Shown here in pieces: positions 1-8,765 of a stretch of 64,000 nucleotides of DNA; the stretch's first letter is position 1, and each line of letters begins with the position of its first letter. A program made the position numbers and the translations under genes. Under the pieces are notes generated by a model that saw only the letters and a list, made by a program, of their open reading frames with translations, was not told the origin of the DNA and searched no databases. Where the stretch lies: the IMG/VR virus record IMGVR_UViG_3300036770_006296, positions 124,001-188,000 of that record. One strand, written 5' to 3'.

Positions 1-153
1 CCTTCTTCTGATAGCTTTTATCCTACTCCTGATCCTCTTGAAGATATTAGTCAAAATCAGATACTTTTAGATATGAACAAGCTTCCTGGAGGATTAGATT
101 CTTTGATACCTTATTCTGTGTATAAGGAAGATCCTTTTTTATATGTTAATTAA
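1..153 (+). CDS. 3' end of hypothetical protein (truncated by window edge)
   Basis: Frame 1 open from base 1 to TAA at 151-153 (PSSDSFYPTPDPLEDISQ...PFLYVN); T-ending codon bias like the next genes. Confidence 0.5.
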   Translation, partial: PSSDSFYPTPDPLEDISQNQILLDMNKLPGGLDSLIPYSVYKEDPFLYVN

Positions 154-155
154 TA

Positions 156-230
156 GGGCCGGGGTCCTAAAATCTGGGTGTGTTCCAAAACGAAATTTTT
201 GCGTGCGTACTGGAATGGGTGTTCCCTCGA
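156..230 (+). repeat. GC-rich degenerate intergenic repeat, copy A
   Basis: Blocks GGGCC..G..CCTAAAATC, AAATTTT.CG.GCG...TGGAA..GG.GTTCC and CCTCGAT shared with 1142-1229. Confidence 0.55.
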
Positions 231-231
231 T

Positions 232-239
232 GATATATA
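232..239 (+). promoter_or_regulatory. Putative late promoter GATATATA (representative of more than 20 copies)
   Basis: (G)GATATATA or AATATATA lies about 4-25 nt upstream of many starts, e.g. 1323, 10781, 13579, 17140, 27685, 28654, 29775, 40911, 49742, 58915 (+) and 7067, 31923, 42657, 52206 (-); analogous to the T4 late promoter TATAAATA. Confidence 0.65.
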
Positions 240-244
240 GATGT

Positions 245-1117
245 ATGAAGTATATTAAGCTATTTGAAAATTTTAATGAGCCTGAACAGTTCTGTGAGTA
301 TTGTTTAGAGCCTGTTGATCTTAAGCTTCTTTCTTATGAAGATAAAAGATCTTTTATAAACACAGGGTTATGCTCTAAGTGTTTAGCTGCAAAGAATGAT
401 AAAAAATTTAATCCCGAGATAGGTTTTGATGACGTTGATGATTACCCTGAAATTGGTAAGAGAGGCAGTGAATTAGATTCTGCAGCTCTTGATGAATTGG
501 AAAGCCTAGTGGAAAGGGCTATGAACTATCCGGTAACTAAGGATGGATATTTTAGGTTTTGGGCAGATTTCTTTAGATGGGAGGTTGCTAATAATTATTA
601 TGGGGGCACACAGTTTTTTACTTTTGAAGTAGGAGGTAAACCATCTAAGGATAGAAAAGAATGGATTTATAAGGAGTATTCTCCTAGAACTTTAAAAGCA
701 AGACCTGCTCTTAGAATAGGGGTTAAGCTTTTGGCTCTTAGAAAAAGATTTGCACCTGTATGGAAGGAATCTTCTGACTCTTCTTTTATGAGAAATACAA
801 ATCCAGACGTTTCACCGAATACTCCATACCAGGATGATCTTAACAGGCTTGAGACATCTATTAAAGGGAACGTAAGAGGAGCCGTTATACATAATTGGAG
901 TAATGCTGACCGTAAGGAATTCCATATGACACTTAGAAGAAATGCGTTGAGAAAAGTTGGATTGGCTAATAGACAAAAATTAATGGCTGATCTTGATTCA
1001 GGTGAATATTTTAAAAACCTTAGCTCTAGAGAACTTGAGGAATTAATGAATAATGCCTTAGATTCTGGTGATTTTAAAACTGTAGAGATTTTAAGAAAAA
1101 TTATGTATCCTGGATAG
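245..1117 (+). CDS. Hypothetical protein with CTS-like N-terminus, CxxC..CxxC zinc-finger-like motif and UVR-like C-terminal helix pair
   Basis: Start moved from 143 to ATG 245 (MKYIKLFENFNE) behind GATATATA; FCEYC...LCSKC; ELEELMNNALDSGDFKTVEIL. Confidence 0.8.
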   Translation: MKYIKLFENFNEPEQFCEYCLEPVDLKLLSYEDKRSFINTGLCSKCLAAKNDKKFNPEIGFDDVDDYPEIGKRGSELDSAALDELESLVERAMNYPVTKDGYFRFWADFFRWEVANNYYGGTQFFTFEVGGKPSKDRKEWIYKEYSPRTLKARPALRIGVKLLALRKRFAPVWKESSDSSFMRNTNPDVSPNTPYQDDLNRLETSIKGNVRGAVIHNWSNADRKEFHMTLRRNALRKVGLANRQKLMADLDSGEYFKNLSSRELEELMNNALDSGDFKTVEILRKIMYPG

Positions 1118-1141
1118 TAATCCTATTTCTTCTATAATGGT

Positions 1142-1314
1142 GGGGCCAGGCCCTAAAAATCATCATTGATTGGTTTTAAAAATTTTACGAGCGCGGTGGA
1201 ACAGGGGTTCCTATGGCTTCGCCTCGATTACATACCTTGCCCTCCGGGCTCCTAGATTTTTCTACAGATCTTAAAAACGGCCCTTGGGGCCTTGAGCCTA
1301 AGAATTCATTGATT
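1142..1314 (+). repeat. GC-rich degenerate intergenic repeat, copy B (1142-1229) and partial copy C (1286-1314)
   Basis: GGGGCC....CCTAA.AA(T)TCATTGATT at both 1142 and 1286; block similarity to 156-230. Confidence 0.55.
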
Positions 1315-1334
1315 AGATCTTGGATATATAAGAT

Positions 1335-1847
1335 ATGAAACATATTAAGCTATTTGAGGGTTTTAACGAGGAGCCTATTGTTATACCACAGTTTGTTAAG
1401 GATAGGTTAAGAGATCTGTGTCAGTACTTACGGTCAAGAGATTTATGGGGTTTGAGTATAGATTGTAATATTTATTATAGGGATGACGGGACCTGGAAAA
1501 GCGATTGGCCTATTAGAATTCAAAATAACGAGGGTAAATATGGAGTTTATATTCACTTTAATAGAACCCCAGAGAATTTAAGTGCTAGTGGGGGTATGTA
1601 CTCTGATAAGAATCCTCATATCTATTTTACTAAGGAGACTAATCCTCGTGAAGTGGGTGAGGATATTTATATCCCTTCAGACAATCCATTGGGTAGAGCG
1701 GCTTCTGGGACTCTATATAAAGGAACATATTTATCTGGACGTGGCTATATCAACCATGTAATTTCTAGAGCTTGCGGAGAGGATGAAGAATTTAAAAAAT
1801 TATTATGGGCTCTAATAACAGATATACAAGGAATTTTACCTTATTAA
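1335..1847 (+). CDS. Hypothetical protein, CTS-like N-terminus
   Basis: MKHIKLFEGFNEE; GGATATATA upstream. Confidence 0.8.
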   Translation: MKHIKLFEGFNEEPIVIPQFVKDRLRDLCQYLRSRDLWGLSIDCNIYYRDDGTWKSDWPIRIQNNEGKYGVYIHFNRTPENLSASGGMYSDKNPHIYFTKETNPREVGEDIYIPSDNPLGRAASGTLYKGTYLSGRGYINHVISRACGEDEEFKKLLWALITDIQGILPY

Positions 1848-1860
1848 TCAAATATATCGT

Positions 1861-2355
1861 ATGATCTTTGTTAATGTATACGAGTACTCTTCAACATCAC
1901 ATGGCGATTATATAGTGTATAGATTTTACTCTGGTGACACCGAGGATTCTGTGAAACGTATGATTATAGAGCATACCATCGATTCGTGGGATGGTGCCGG
2001 TGATGTAGTTGTAGATGCTTTGGAAGAATTGAAAGCATCTTTGAGTTTTAAGGAGATTGCAAGAGAGATAAATGATATCATTAATGATCTAGTTATTAGT
2101 GATAATGGACAATTACAGGAATATGATTTAATAATAGGAGATCCCACTTCTGATATTTCATATGGTTTAGATCTTTATGATGACTATAAGAGTGTAGATG
2201 ATAATGATAATTATCAGGGTGTTGATTTTTATTTCTATGGTGGATATGCTATTAAGGTACAGAAGCTATTTCCTTATGCCTATGATCTCATGAAAAATTA
2301 TGGTGTTGTTATAGACAATAAAATCTTTGACAAGATGGTTAAGGAGTTGCTTTAA
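1861..2355 (+). CDS. Acidic hypothetical protein
   Basis: 164-aa ORF in tandem array, AATATAT upstream. Confidence 0.75.
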   Translation: MIFVNVYEYSSTSHGDYIVYRFYSGDTEDSVKRMIIEHTIDSWDGAGDVVVDALEELKASLSFKEIAREINDIINDLVISDNGQLQEYDLIIGDPTSDISYGLDLYDDYKSVDDNDNYQGVDFYFYGGYAIKVQKLFPYAYDLMKNYGVVIDNKIFDKMVKELL

Positions 2356-2370
2356 TATATAATAAATTCT

Positions 2371-2880
2371 ATGAAACACATTAAGCTATTTGAAAGTTTT
2401 GGTATAAAATACAAGGTGATTGCAGTTAATATGGAAACCAGAGAAGCTGTGGGTGTGTTTCCTTCGTATCGAGATTTAGAGGATAATGCTAAAAAAGGTG
2501 CTTCCATGTTAAGTAGATTTGGAGCGGTAGAAGGAGCCGAAGATATCTATGATAGTCTTAATCCGAAAGCAACTGATCAGAGTTATTATTTTGTTTACCC
2601 TATGATAGATATACCAGATGATCATGACATTGTTGTTTGTAATAACTCTTCAGGAACTCCTGAGATATCTACTATGTCATCTAGGGATTTAAAAGAACCT
2701 GCTGTGGGTGATTCTTCTATGTATAATTGGTATACGAATGATGATGGTAGTGTTCATAATGTTTATTATAGAGTAGACAGAAATTCTGGAAAATTTGTAA
2801 TGGTGGGAGCGTATGGACATGTTGATAGAATGAGTCCAGATGAGATAGTTGAAATGTATAACTACGGCGCATCACTTTAG
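2371..2880 (+). CDS. Hypothetical protein, CTS-like N-terminus, internal KGASMLSRFG motif
   Basis: MKHIKLFESF; KKGASMLSRFG encoded at about 2491-2523. Confidence 0.8.
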   Translation: MKHIKLFESFGIKYKVIAVNMETREAVGVFPSYRDLEDNAKKGASMLSRFGAVEGAEDIYDSLNPKATDQSYYFVYPMIDIPDDHDIVVCNNSSGTPEISTMSSRDLKEPAVGDSSMYNWYTNDDGSVHNVYYRVDRNSGKFVMVGAYGHVDRMSPDEIVEMYNYGASL

Positions 2881-2906
2881 ATATATAGAAAAATAAATAT
2901 AAATAA

Positions 2907-3812
2907 ATGAAAAATAAATTTACATTGTTAGCCGTGGCTCTCTTGATGTTTACAAGCTGCGGTATTTTAAAAAAATCATCCTATTCCCCCCCACCTTCTG
3001 GACAGGTACTTACTGGTGTATTGAACACTGTGATTCAAAGCGAGGCGGTTCAGAACTATCAATTTGTAATTGAGGATGGGTGCACGCCTTCAGTTCTTAA
3101 TGATCTTGAATTTTGTAACTCTGTAAAGAGCAAGAATGATATAACAACATCTGTAGTAGATCAAGCGTGTGTTGATGCTTGTAATGTTGCTTATGATATT
3201 TGTCATGGCGGATGCTCCACTATCGACTGGACTTGTAACAACTGTTGCACTAAGGAGTGTAAGAAAGGAAGGGATCTATGTAAAGATGCCTGTGGCTATT
3301 TAAACGTTAAGATTGGATATTACGAATACCAGGTGATTAATGCTAAGGGGCTAGGAGCTCTTAGAGTTACTAGTGTGACTGATCCGGTTGTTGATCCTAA
3401 TAACGACACTTTGTTTAGCGTGAATATCACTATGGATGTACCCGCTGAGGTGACATCCAAAGTTCATTATGAATTTCAAATTGATGGCACTCCTGCTATT
3501 AAAGGAGATATGACACTTTCCACTACTGGGGTGTCTGCAAAAGGAACTGGAATTCTTAAAGATAGATGTGGTGATGGCTACTACTTGGAGATCACTACAT
3601 TAACTATTGATATACCGGAGAACATATTTGATAGTAACGAGTTAACTAAGATAGCTGAAGAGCTTATGATTGCTGTTTCCGATCTCACATTTGGGACTGT
3701 TGATCTGAGAAAAAAACTGATGGATAAATTAAATGACACTGTAAGTAAGCAAGTGATGAAAGCTCTTAACGAAGTGCTAGATGACACTAAGATTGCTCCT
3801 GCTGGTTGCTGA
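2907..3812 (+). CDS. Cys-rich lipoprotein, possible TULIP/BPI-like C-terminal fold
   Basis: Signal peptide with lipobox LLMFTS-C; dense Cys cluster; beta-rich body ending in long helix (LRKKLMDKLNDTVSKQVMKALNEVL). Confidence 0.7.
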   Translation: MKNKFTLLAVALLMFTSCGILKKSSYSPPPSGQVLTGVLNTVIQSEAVQNYQFVIEDGCTPSVLNDLEFCNSVKSKNDITTSVVDQACVDACNVAYDICHGGCSTIDWTCNNCCTKECKKGRDLCKDACGYLNVKIGYYEYQVINAKGLGALRVTSVTDPVVDPNNDTLFSVNITMDVPAEVTSKVHYEFQIDGTPAIKGDMTLSTTGVSAKGTGILKDRCGDGYYLEITTLTIDIPENIFDSNELTKIAEELMIAVSDLTFGTVDLRKKLMDKLNDTVSKQVMKALNEVLDDTKIAPAGC

Positions 3813-3834
3813 GAAATTCCTTACGTATTTTATG

Positions 3835-3862
3835 AAAATCCCGCACATAGCGGGATTTTTTG
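3835..3862 (+). terminator. Rho-independent terminator
   Basis: AAAATCCCGC-ACATA-GCGGGATTTT followed by further T residues. Confidence 0.8.
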
Positions 3863-3877
3863 TTTGTATATGATTTA

Positions 3878-3915
3878 GAATCATTTTTTTTATCTCTTTG
3901 AATTTTCTATCTTTG
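3878..3915 (+). promoter_or_regulatory. Putative early promoter (representative of 9 copies)
   Basis: GAATCATTTTTTT followed exactly 30 nt later by TATCTTTG (Bacteroidota -7 consensus TAnnTTTG); same geometry at 4281, 18581, 21274, 23699, 24651, 34561, 39148, 56810. Confidence 0.7.
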
Positions 3916-3929
3916 GTAAAAACACAGAT

Positions 3930-4280
3930 ATGGCTTTAAATTATGATCTTAGAGAGATAAAGAGTTATAAGAGACTTTTTGAAAAATCTACAGAAACTGG
4001 AGGATCCAAAATGAAGGATGTTCCAAGGACTATAGTCATGAGCACTATAAGTGTGGGGATGAGAGAAATCACCAAGGATAATTATAGAAAATTCTACAAT
4101 CGGCTTAGTCTGCTTGAGAATGTTTATGGGCATTTTTTCTACGTGAGGAGGAGGGGAGGTAAAATGATTCCTCGACCTATTACTTTAGGTGAAGTGGAGA
4201 GAATGATAGGACTGAAGACTAATGCTTCTGAAATTTCGAGAACTAAGTTCTTAAGTAGAATTGATAAGGATAAATTTTAA
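3930..4280 (+). CDS. Hypothetical protein
   Basis: 116-aa ORF directly behind early-type promoter. Confidence 0.75.
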   Translation: MALNYDLREIKSYKRLFEKSTETGGSKMKDVPRTIVMSTISVGMREITKDNYRKFYNRLSLLENVYGHFFYVRRRGGKMIPRPITLGEVERMIGLKTNASEISRTKFLSRIDKDKF

Positions 4281-4331
4281 GAATCATTTTTTTTAAGGAT
4301 GAAGGATTTCTAACATAGCAAAAAAATAATC

Positions 4332-4673
4332 ATGGAAAAGAAAGAGGTAAGGGTGCTTAACGCAATCCCAGAGAACATGACACTAACTGAATACTTTGAC
4401 TCGTTGGATGTCTTTGGAAAAAGAGAGTTGATTGATGAGCTAAAATACATGGGCGATGTTTATGCTAAGAATTTATCTAGGAATATGATTCTTGCTGGTG
4501 TATCTTGGTTGTGTTCTTTCTTGTGTTATTTTGGAATACAGGAGACTTGGGCAATCTATTACTTGATCGGTATCAATATCCCTTTAACAATCTTCTTTTG
4601 GCTGAATGTTAGAAACTTTACCAACTACAAAGGGGTTGCTAAGCATTTAGAAAAACGAATGGGTGAACAATAA
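4332..4673 (+). CDS. Membrane protein (2 TM)
   Basis: Two hydrophobic segments; behind early-type promoter at 4281. Confidence 0.7.
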   Translation: MEKKEVRVLNAIPENMTLTEYFDSLDVFGKRELIDELKYMGDVYAKNLSRNMILAGVSWLCSFLCYFGIQETWAIYYLIGINIPLTIFFWLNVRNFTNYKGVAKHLEKRMGEQ

Positions 4674-4902
4674 AAATAGCATAATGGTAAAAAGAGGATT
4701 ATCTGGAATTTATTTCAGAGCAAAAAACGAAGAGACGGGGAAATTTGAAAATCTCGTGTTTGAGGACTTATCTGAAGAGCAGCAAGATGAAATGATGAAT
4801 GGGAGATCTGAGGAGTGGCTAAAGAGCTTAGCAAAGCAATTAGCAAATACCCTACGGACCATTGGTGATCAATTTGATATTTCAGTGGGATCAGATGAGT
4901 AA
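4663..4902 (+). CDS. Small hypothetical protein
   Basis: Overlapping operon-style ORF (start may be the downstream ATG GTA AAA). Confidence 0.65.
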   Translation: MNNKNSIMVKRGLSGIYFRAKNEETGKFENLVFEDLSEEQQDEMMNGRSEEWLKSLAKQLANTLRTIGDQFDISVGSDE

Positions 4903-5200
4903 CAAGAAATATAAAAAAATGGAATATAGAATCAAGAGTATCGAATACTTCGACGAACATGGAAAATCTAAATACTTAAATTACTTCATAGAGTATAGAG
5001 TGAAATTTTTATTCTTTTGGGAAAGATGGAAAGAGGTTACTCATTTAAGCTGCGGAATGTGTGATTGTCATAATGTAACAACATACTTTAATAGTTTAGA
5101 GGAAGCAGAAGAATTTGGTAAAAATCATTTGTGTAGTGGAAAAATTTATGACGGGCATGAGATTACCACTATTAAGACTTTAAGTTGTAAATCTGAATAG
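4895..5200 (+). CDS. Hypothetical protein
   Basis: Start moved to ATG 4895 overlapping the previous stop. Confidence 0.65.
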   Translation: MSNKKYKKMEYRIKSIEYFDEHGKSKYLNYFIEYRVKFLFFWERWKEVTHLSCGMCDCHNVTTYFNSLEEAEEFGKNHLCSGKIYDGHEITTIKTLSCKSE

Positions 5201-5201
5201 G

Positions 5202-5516
5202 ATGACTAAAAAGGAAATTGACTTGATAAAACTCAAAGCTCAGTACGAAGTTCTTTCCGAATTAGAAAGTGCATTTCCTGTATCTTCAAAACATGCAGTC
5301 TTCCTATTGATCCAGAAAAAAATGGACCAGCTGATCGCTATCATTGAATCTGATGAAAAAAATCAGAAGAATGAGTTTATTGGTAAATTCTTACAGAAAG
5401 CTATGAAAGATTATAATCTCTCGTATGGTTTACAATATTACAACCTTCTTGCTGAGAAGTCGGATCTTGCTGAAAAAGCCTGGACAAAACACAGAAAAAA
5501 ACAGGTGGTAAAATAG
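5202..5516 (+). CDS. Hypothetical protein
   Basis: 104-aa ORF coupled to previous gene. Confidence 0.7.
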   Translation: MTKKEIDLIKLKAQYEVLSELESAFPVSSKHAVFLLIQKKMDQLIAIIESDEKNQKNEFIGKFLQKAMKDYNLSYGLQYYNLLAEKSDLAEKAWTKHRKKQVVK

Positions 5517-5593
5517 AGAAAGTAAAACACGTTATCGTGGATGTGTGCTAACGTACTGAAACTTTTAATTACTTTTGTATATATAATAAAAAT

Positions 5594-6011
5594 GGGCCCG
5601 CTTTGGATTTGACAGGCGGAGGTAGTTCTTTGAAATGATGCAGGCAGGGTTAGATTGGAAATCCTTAATCACCTATCAAACAATAAACGCAAACGTTTAC
5701 AACGCAGAGGATATGATGAGTATCCCAACTTCTATTACTCGCGTAGCGGTAGCAGAAGAGGCTGAGTTGCTAATGGCAGCTTAACCGGCGGGCCGCACCG
5801 GCCTAGGAACAGAAAGGTGATGGTGGAGTCAGGTCTTACCTTAAAGACCGAAACGGAAATTCGGTTCATCCCGAAGAGTACACAGACCGAGCATTAAGTT
5901 TGTAATAAAAGAAATGCAAAAAAGTTTGTCCGTGTCGAATAACGGAATAAGCCTGTGAATGAGTTTCTTGAGCATTCGATCTGGACGAGGGTTCGACCCC
6001 CTCCGGGTCCA
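5594..6011 (+). ncRNA. ssrA: tmRNA
   Basis: 5' GGGCCCG pairs with 3' CGGGUCC-A (G3.U70 alanine identity); GGAUUUGAC 5' motif; T-arm GAGGG-TTCGACC-CCCTC; resume context AATAAAC-GCA; tag ORF 5689-5784 ANVYNAEDMMSIPTSITRVAVAEEAELLMAA*; CCA not encoded. Confidence 0.95.
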
Positions 6012-6029
6012 CTAGATTTAATCCCACTC

Positions 6030-6482
6030 TTATGGAGTGGGATTTTTTGTGGTTATTGATTTCAACATTTTTTGGTAATCTGGAGAAAGTAATGATGATC
6101 CCTCTATCAGAAACTCCATATAATCATTAGTAGGATTAAGCCCTTCAACTAGATAATCTTTCTGGGCTATGTATGTTATACATTCAATTTTTTTACCATC
6201 GGAGATAACATTAATCTTTTCCCTTCTGTAATGTAAAGGAGCACCCTCGAATTTATCTAGTTTTTCAAGGTGTGATTCACTTATATCAAATATTATCCCC
6301 TCTACTGTATCACCTTCGCTTTCTTCTATGTTTGCAAAAGACCAATCCCCTTTAGAGGATTTTTTATTAAATTTTAATACATAATTGTTAAGGATTCCGT
6401 GAGATCTAGAAAGAGGAGTTACCCCTCTTTTTATCATTCTAGAAACACTCATATTGGAACCGTATGCAAAGTATTTTACCAT
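6030..6482 (-). CDS. Gamma-glutamylcyclotransferase (GGCT/AIG2-like) family protein
   Basis: YFAYGSNM N-terminal motif; LDKFEG..HYRR catalytic-Glu region. Confidence 0.85.
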   Translation of the reverse strand: MVKYFAYGSNMSVSRMIKRGVTPLSRSHGILNNYVLKFNKKSSKGDWSFANIEESEGDTVEGIIFDISESHLEKLDKFEGAPLHYRREKINVISDGKKIECITYIAQKDYLVEGLNPTNDYMEFLIEGSSLLSPDYQKMLKSITTKNPTP

Positions 6483-6493
6483 TATAGATTAGA

Positions 6494-7060
6494 TCATAAT
6501 GATTTCAATCGATCTATTGGAAAATTATCAATAGAATATTTGGTAACTATAGCATGAGAGTTTGGTCCTCTTAGGTTCCGAGTTAAGTTGTTGTATGTGT
6601 CTGTTATATCGGTAGTTTTTGTAACAATCATACCAGCTTCCTGTGCTTTTTTCATTATGAAATGGCCATATATTCGGGATCTTCTATCGTCACCTTCAGA
6701 CTCTGACTTTGCAACAACTATAATGGAAATGAGATTGCCGCCTTTACTTCTTTCTTTAGCCCATTCTTTTACTGCCCACCATACACTCCCCATAACATCT
6801 TGCATATTATTTCTTCCTGTGAGATCGTCCGTATATTGATCTCCTGAGGTTTCTGCTTTAGATGAGAAATGTATTTCGAGTGTTACTGTGTTGTCCTCCC
6901 ATCTTCTAACTAGAATAAAAACACGGTATGGGTATCCGTCTATCTCAAATTCATATGTTATATCCTCATCCCTTGCAGGAATCTTGTTTATAACTTTGAT
7001 GTCTGGGATTGTGTCCCACATCTCATTAAGAAATTGACGGTATTTAAGTAAGGAACTCAT
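6494..7060 (-). CDS. Hypothetical protein, CTS-like N-terminus
   Basis: MSSLLKYRQFLNE; GGATATATA upstream; domain resembles C-terminal half of 14291-15232. Confidence 0.8.
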   Translation of the reverse strand: MSSLLKYRQFLNEMWDTIPDIKVINKIPARDEDITYEFEIDGYPYRVFILVRRWEDNTVTLEIHFSSKAETSGDQYTDDLTGRNNMQDVMGSVWWAVKEWAKERSKGGNLISIIVVAKSESEGDDRRSRIYGHFIMKKAQEAGMIVTKTTDITDTYNNLTRNLRGPNSHAIVTKYSIDNFPIDRLKSL

Positions 7061-7087
7061 TCAATTTATATATCCTTATTTTATAGG

Positions 7088-7891
7088 TCATGATTTTTTA
7101 GAATACCTATTATTATAGTTTTGAGCGTACTTATCTAATTCTTTAGGATTAGATTTTAAATATTGTACCTCCTTAGATGTTAATGGATATATCTCCTTTA
7201 TTAATTCCCCCATTTTTTTAGTAAGAGCCGGGGTGAAATCTTTTTGTGTTCTATACGGAGAAAAATAATCTATGAATCCCAGTAATTTTGCGGGGTGTTC
7301 TTTAGGATCTGTAGAAATACTAGGATCTGATATTTTTCTAGTAAGTATGAAAGTTCCGTATCCTTCTCTTCCTCCGTCTAGAGGGTTTGTGTTTCCCTCT
7401 ATTCCTGTCCATGTTCCTGCTGATTTATCTACCGAAAGAACTATTCCAGTATGGCCCTTTCCTGGATATGCTCCTTTTTTATCTCTGCTTAGATAGCAAA
7501 AGACCATGCCTGGTAATATTTTATTTGCGTCCATTCCTTCTGTATAGACTAATTTTTTACCTTTGGTTGTTTCCCAGTGATATTTAACCGCTGCGCTGCT
7601 TGGTATTTTACTAAGATCCTCTGGTTTAAACTTTGTTTTAGATAGAGCACCTTTAACGAAGCCAACACACCAAGGATTTCCTGGGGTTACATTTACTCCT
7701 TTTAGTAGGGTTTCGACTTCTGGTCCCTTATTGCTTCCCCTCGGCTTTTCCTCTGCTATAGAAGATTTAATTGCAGAATAAAAACTATCTATTAGATTTT
7801 TATTTTCTTGTGAGGTGTTTACAGACTCTTGGAGACTACTTTTTTGTAGATCATTATTTTTAAAATTCTCGAAAAATAATATATGCTTCAT
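7088..7891 (-). CDS. CHAP-family peptidoglycan amidase/endopeptidase, CTS-like N-terminus
   Basis: SNKGPEV...PWCVGFV (Cys), GHTGIV (His), IEGNTN; MKHILFFENF. Confidence 0.8.
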   Translation of the reverse strand: MKHILFFENFKNNDLQKSSLQESVNTSQENKNLIDSFYSAIKSSIAEEKPRGSNKGPEVETLLKGVNVTPGNPWCVGFVKGALSKTKFKPEDLSKIPSSAAVKYHWETTKGKKLVYTEGMDANKILPGMVFCYLSRDKKGAYPGKGHTGIVLSVDKSAGTWTGIEGNTNPLDGGREGYGTFILTRKISDPSISTDPKEHPAKLLGFIDYFSPYRTQKDFTPALTKKMGELIKEIYPLTSKEVQYLKSNPKELDKYAQNYNNRYSKKS

Positions 7892-7894
7892 TGA

Positions 7895-8257
7895 TTATTT
7901 ATCCTTTAGTTTTTGTGTTTTTCTTTTGGATGCTTCACACTTAGATACCGCGTAATCGTGTGCTCTCTTAAGCCTACTTTTAGTGTCCGGATCTTTTGCT
8001 CTTCTCACAGCAACACGCAGTCTTTGTTCTATGAGATTTAGTATTTGTGACTGTCTTTGATGTGATTTGGATTTAAAAGCTTTACTGTTAACTGTTGCTT
8101 GTACGTCTTCTTTTGTACGAAATTTAACTGGAACGGTGTCACTAGGATTCTCATCCGTGTATAGTCTTCTCCCTGATCCTTTAGGTTTTTTTCCTGTGCC
8201 TTTTCTTGGATCATTTCCTTCGTTGATAAAATCATTAAAGTTTGACAGATGCCTCAT
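7895..8257 (-). CDS. Basic hypothetical protein, CTS-like N-terminus
   Basis: MRHLSNFNDFINE; DPRKGTGKKPKGSGRRLYTDENP segment recalled from conserved viral hypotheticals. Confidence 0.8.
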   Translation of the reverse strand: MRHLSNFNDFINEGNDPRKGTGKKPKGSGRRLYTDENPSDTVPVKFRTKEDVQATVNSKAFKSKSHQRQSQILNLIEQRLRVAVRRAKDPDTKSRLKRAHDYAVSKCEASKRKTQKLKDK

Positions 8258-8289
8258 GTGGTATATATTAAAAAAAGAATATATAAAGC

Positions 8290-8757
8290 ATGATACAACA
8301 CTACGAAGAATTTATAGCAGAAAAGAAAAATCCATGCTGGCCTGGTTACAAGCAGATAGGCACAAAAAAGAAGAATGGTAGGATGGTTCCTAATTGCGTA
8401 AAGGAAAGTGAACTTTCTGGTTACTCGCAAGATTCCTATATAAACGAGGAAAGCGAATCCCACCAAGAATTTGCAGAGAATAGATTAGCGGGAGCAACAA
8501 AAATATCCAAAGCGGCAAAGGAGAAGGGTGGCGATGCTCTACTAACATACCATCATTTTCACGTGAAACTTCCATATTATCAAAAAGCCGTTGATGGTGA
8601 ATTAGAGATGGAAGAACTTAAGGGTGAATATGATAAATTACTAACGGATCTTTATGAAGCCACTAGAAATTCTATGAATATCACGCAGGTAAAATTCCAA
8701 GAGCTTGTTGGAAAGATAGAAGTTGTAGGTGAGCTTTTAATTGAAAACAATAAATAA
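8290..8757 (+). CDS. Putative internal head protein
   Basis: MIQHYEEFIAE nearly matches the T4 IPII/IPIII CTS MKTYQEFIAE; followed by CWPGYKQIGTKKKNGRMVPNCV module. Confidence 0.75.
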   Translation: MIQHYEEFIAEKKNPCWPGYKQIGTKKKNGRMVPNCVKESELSGYSQDSYINEESESHQEFAENRLAGATKISKAAKEKGGDALLTYHHFHVKLPYYQKAVDGELEMEELKGEYDKLLTDLYEATRNSMNITQVKFQELVGKIEVVGELLIENNK

Positions 8758-8765
8758 ATGGCATT

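Noticed and set aside
143-244. N-terminal extension of the first ORF in the track
   Set aside because: It runs through the GC-rich repeat and the GATATATA motif; the tagged start at 245 fits the window-wide pattern. The same reasoning was applied to 27630, 33719, 50972 and 60732.
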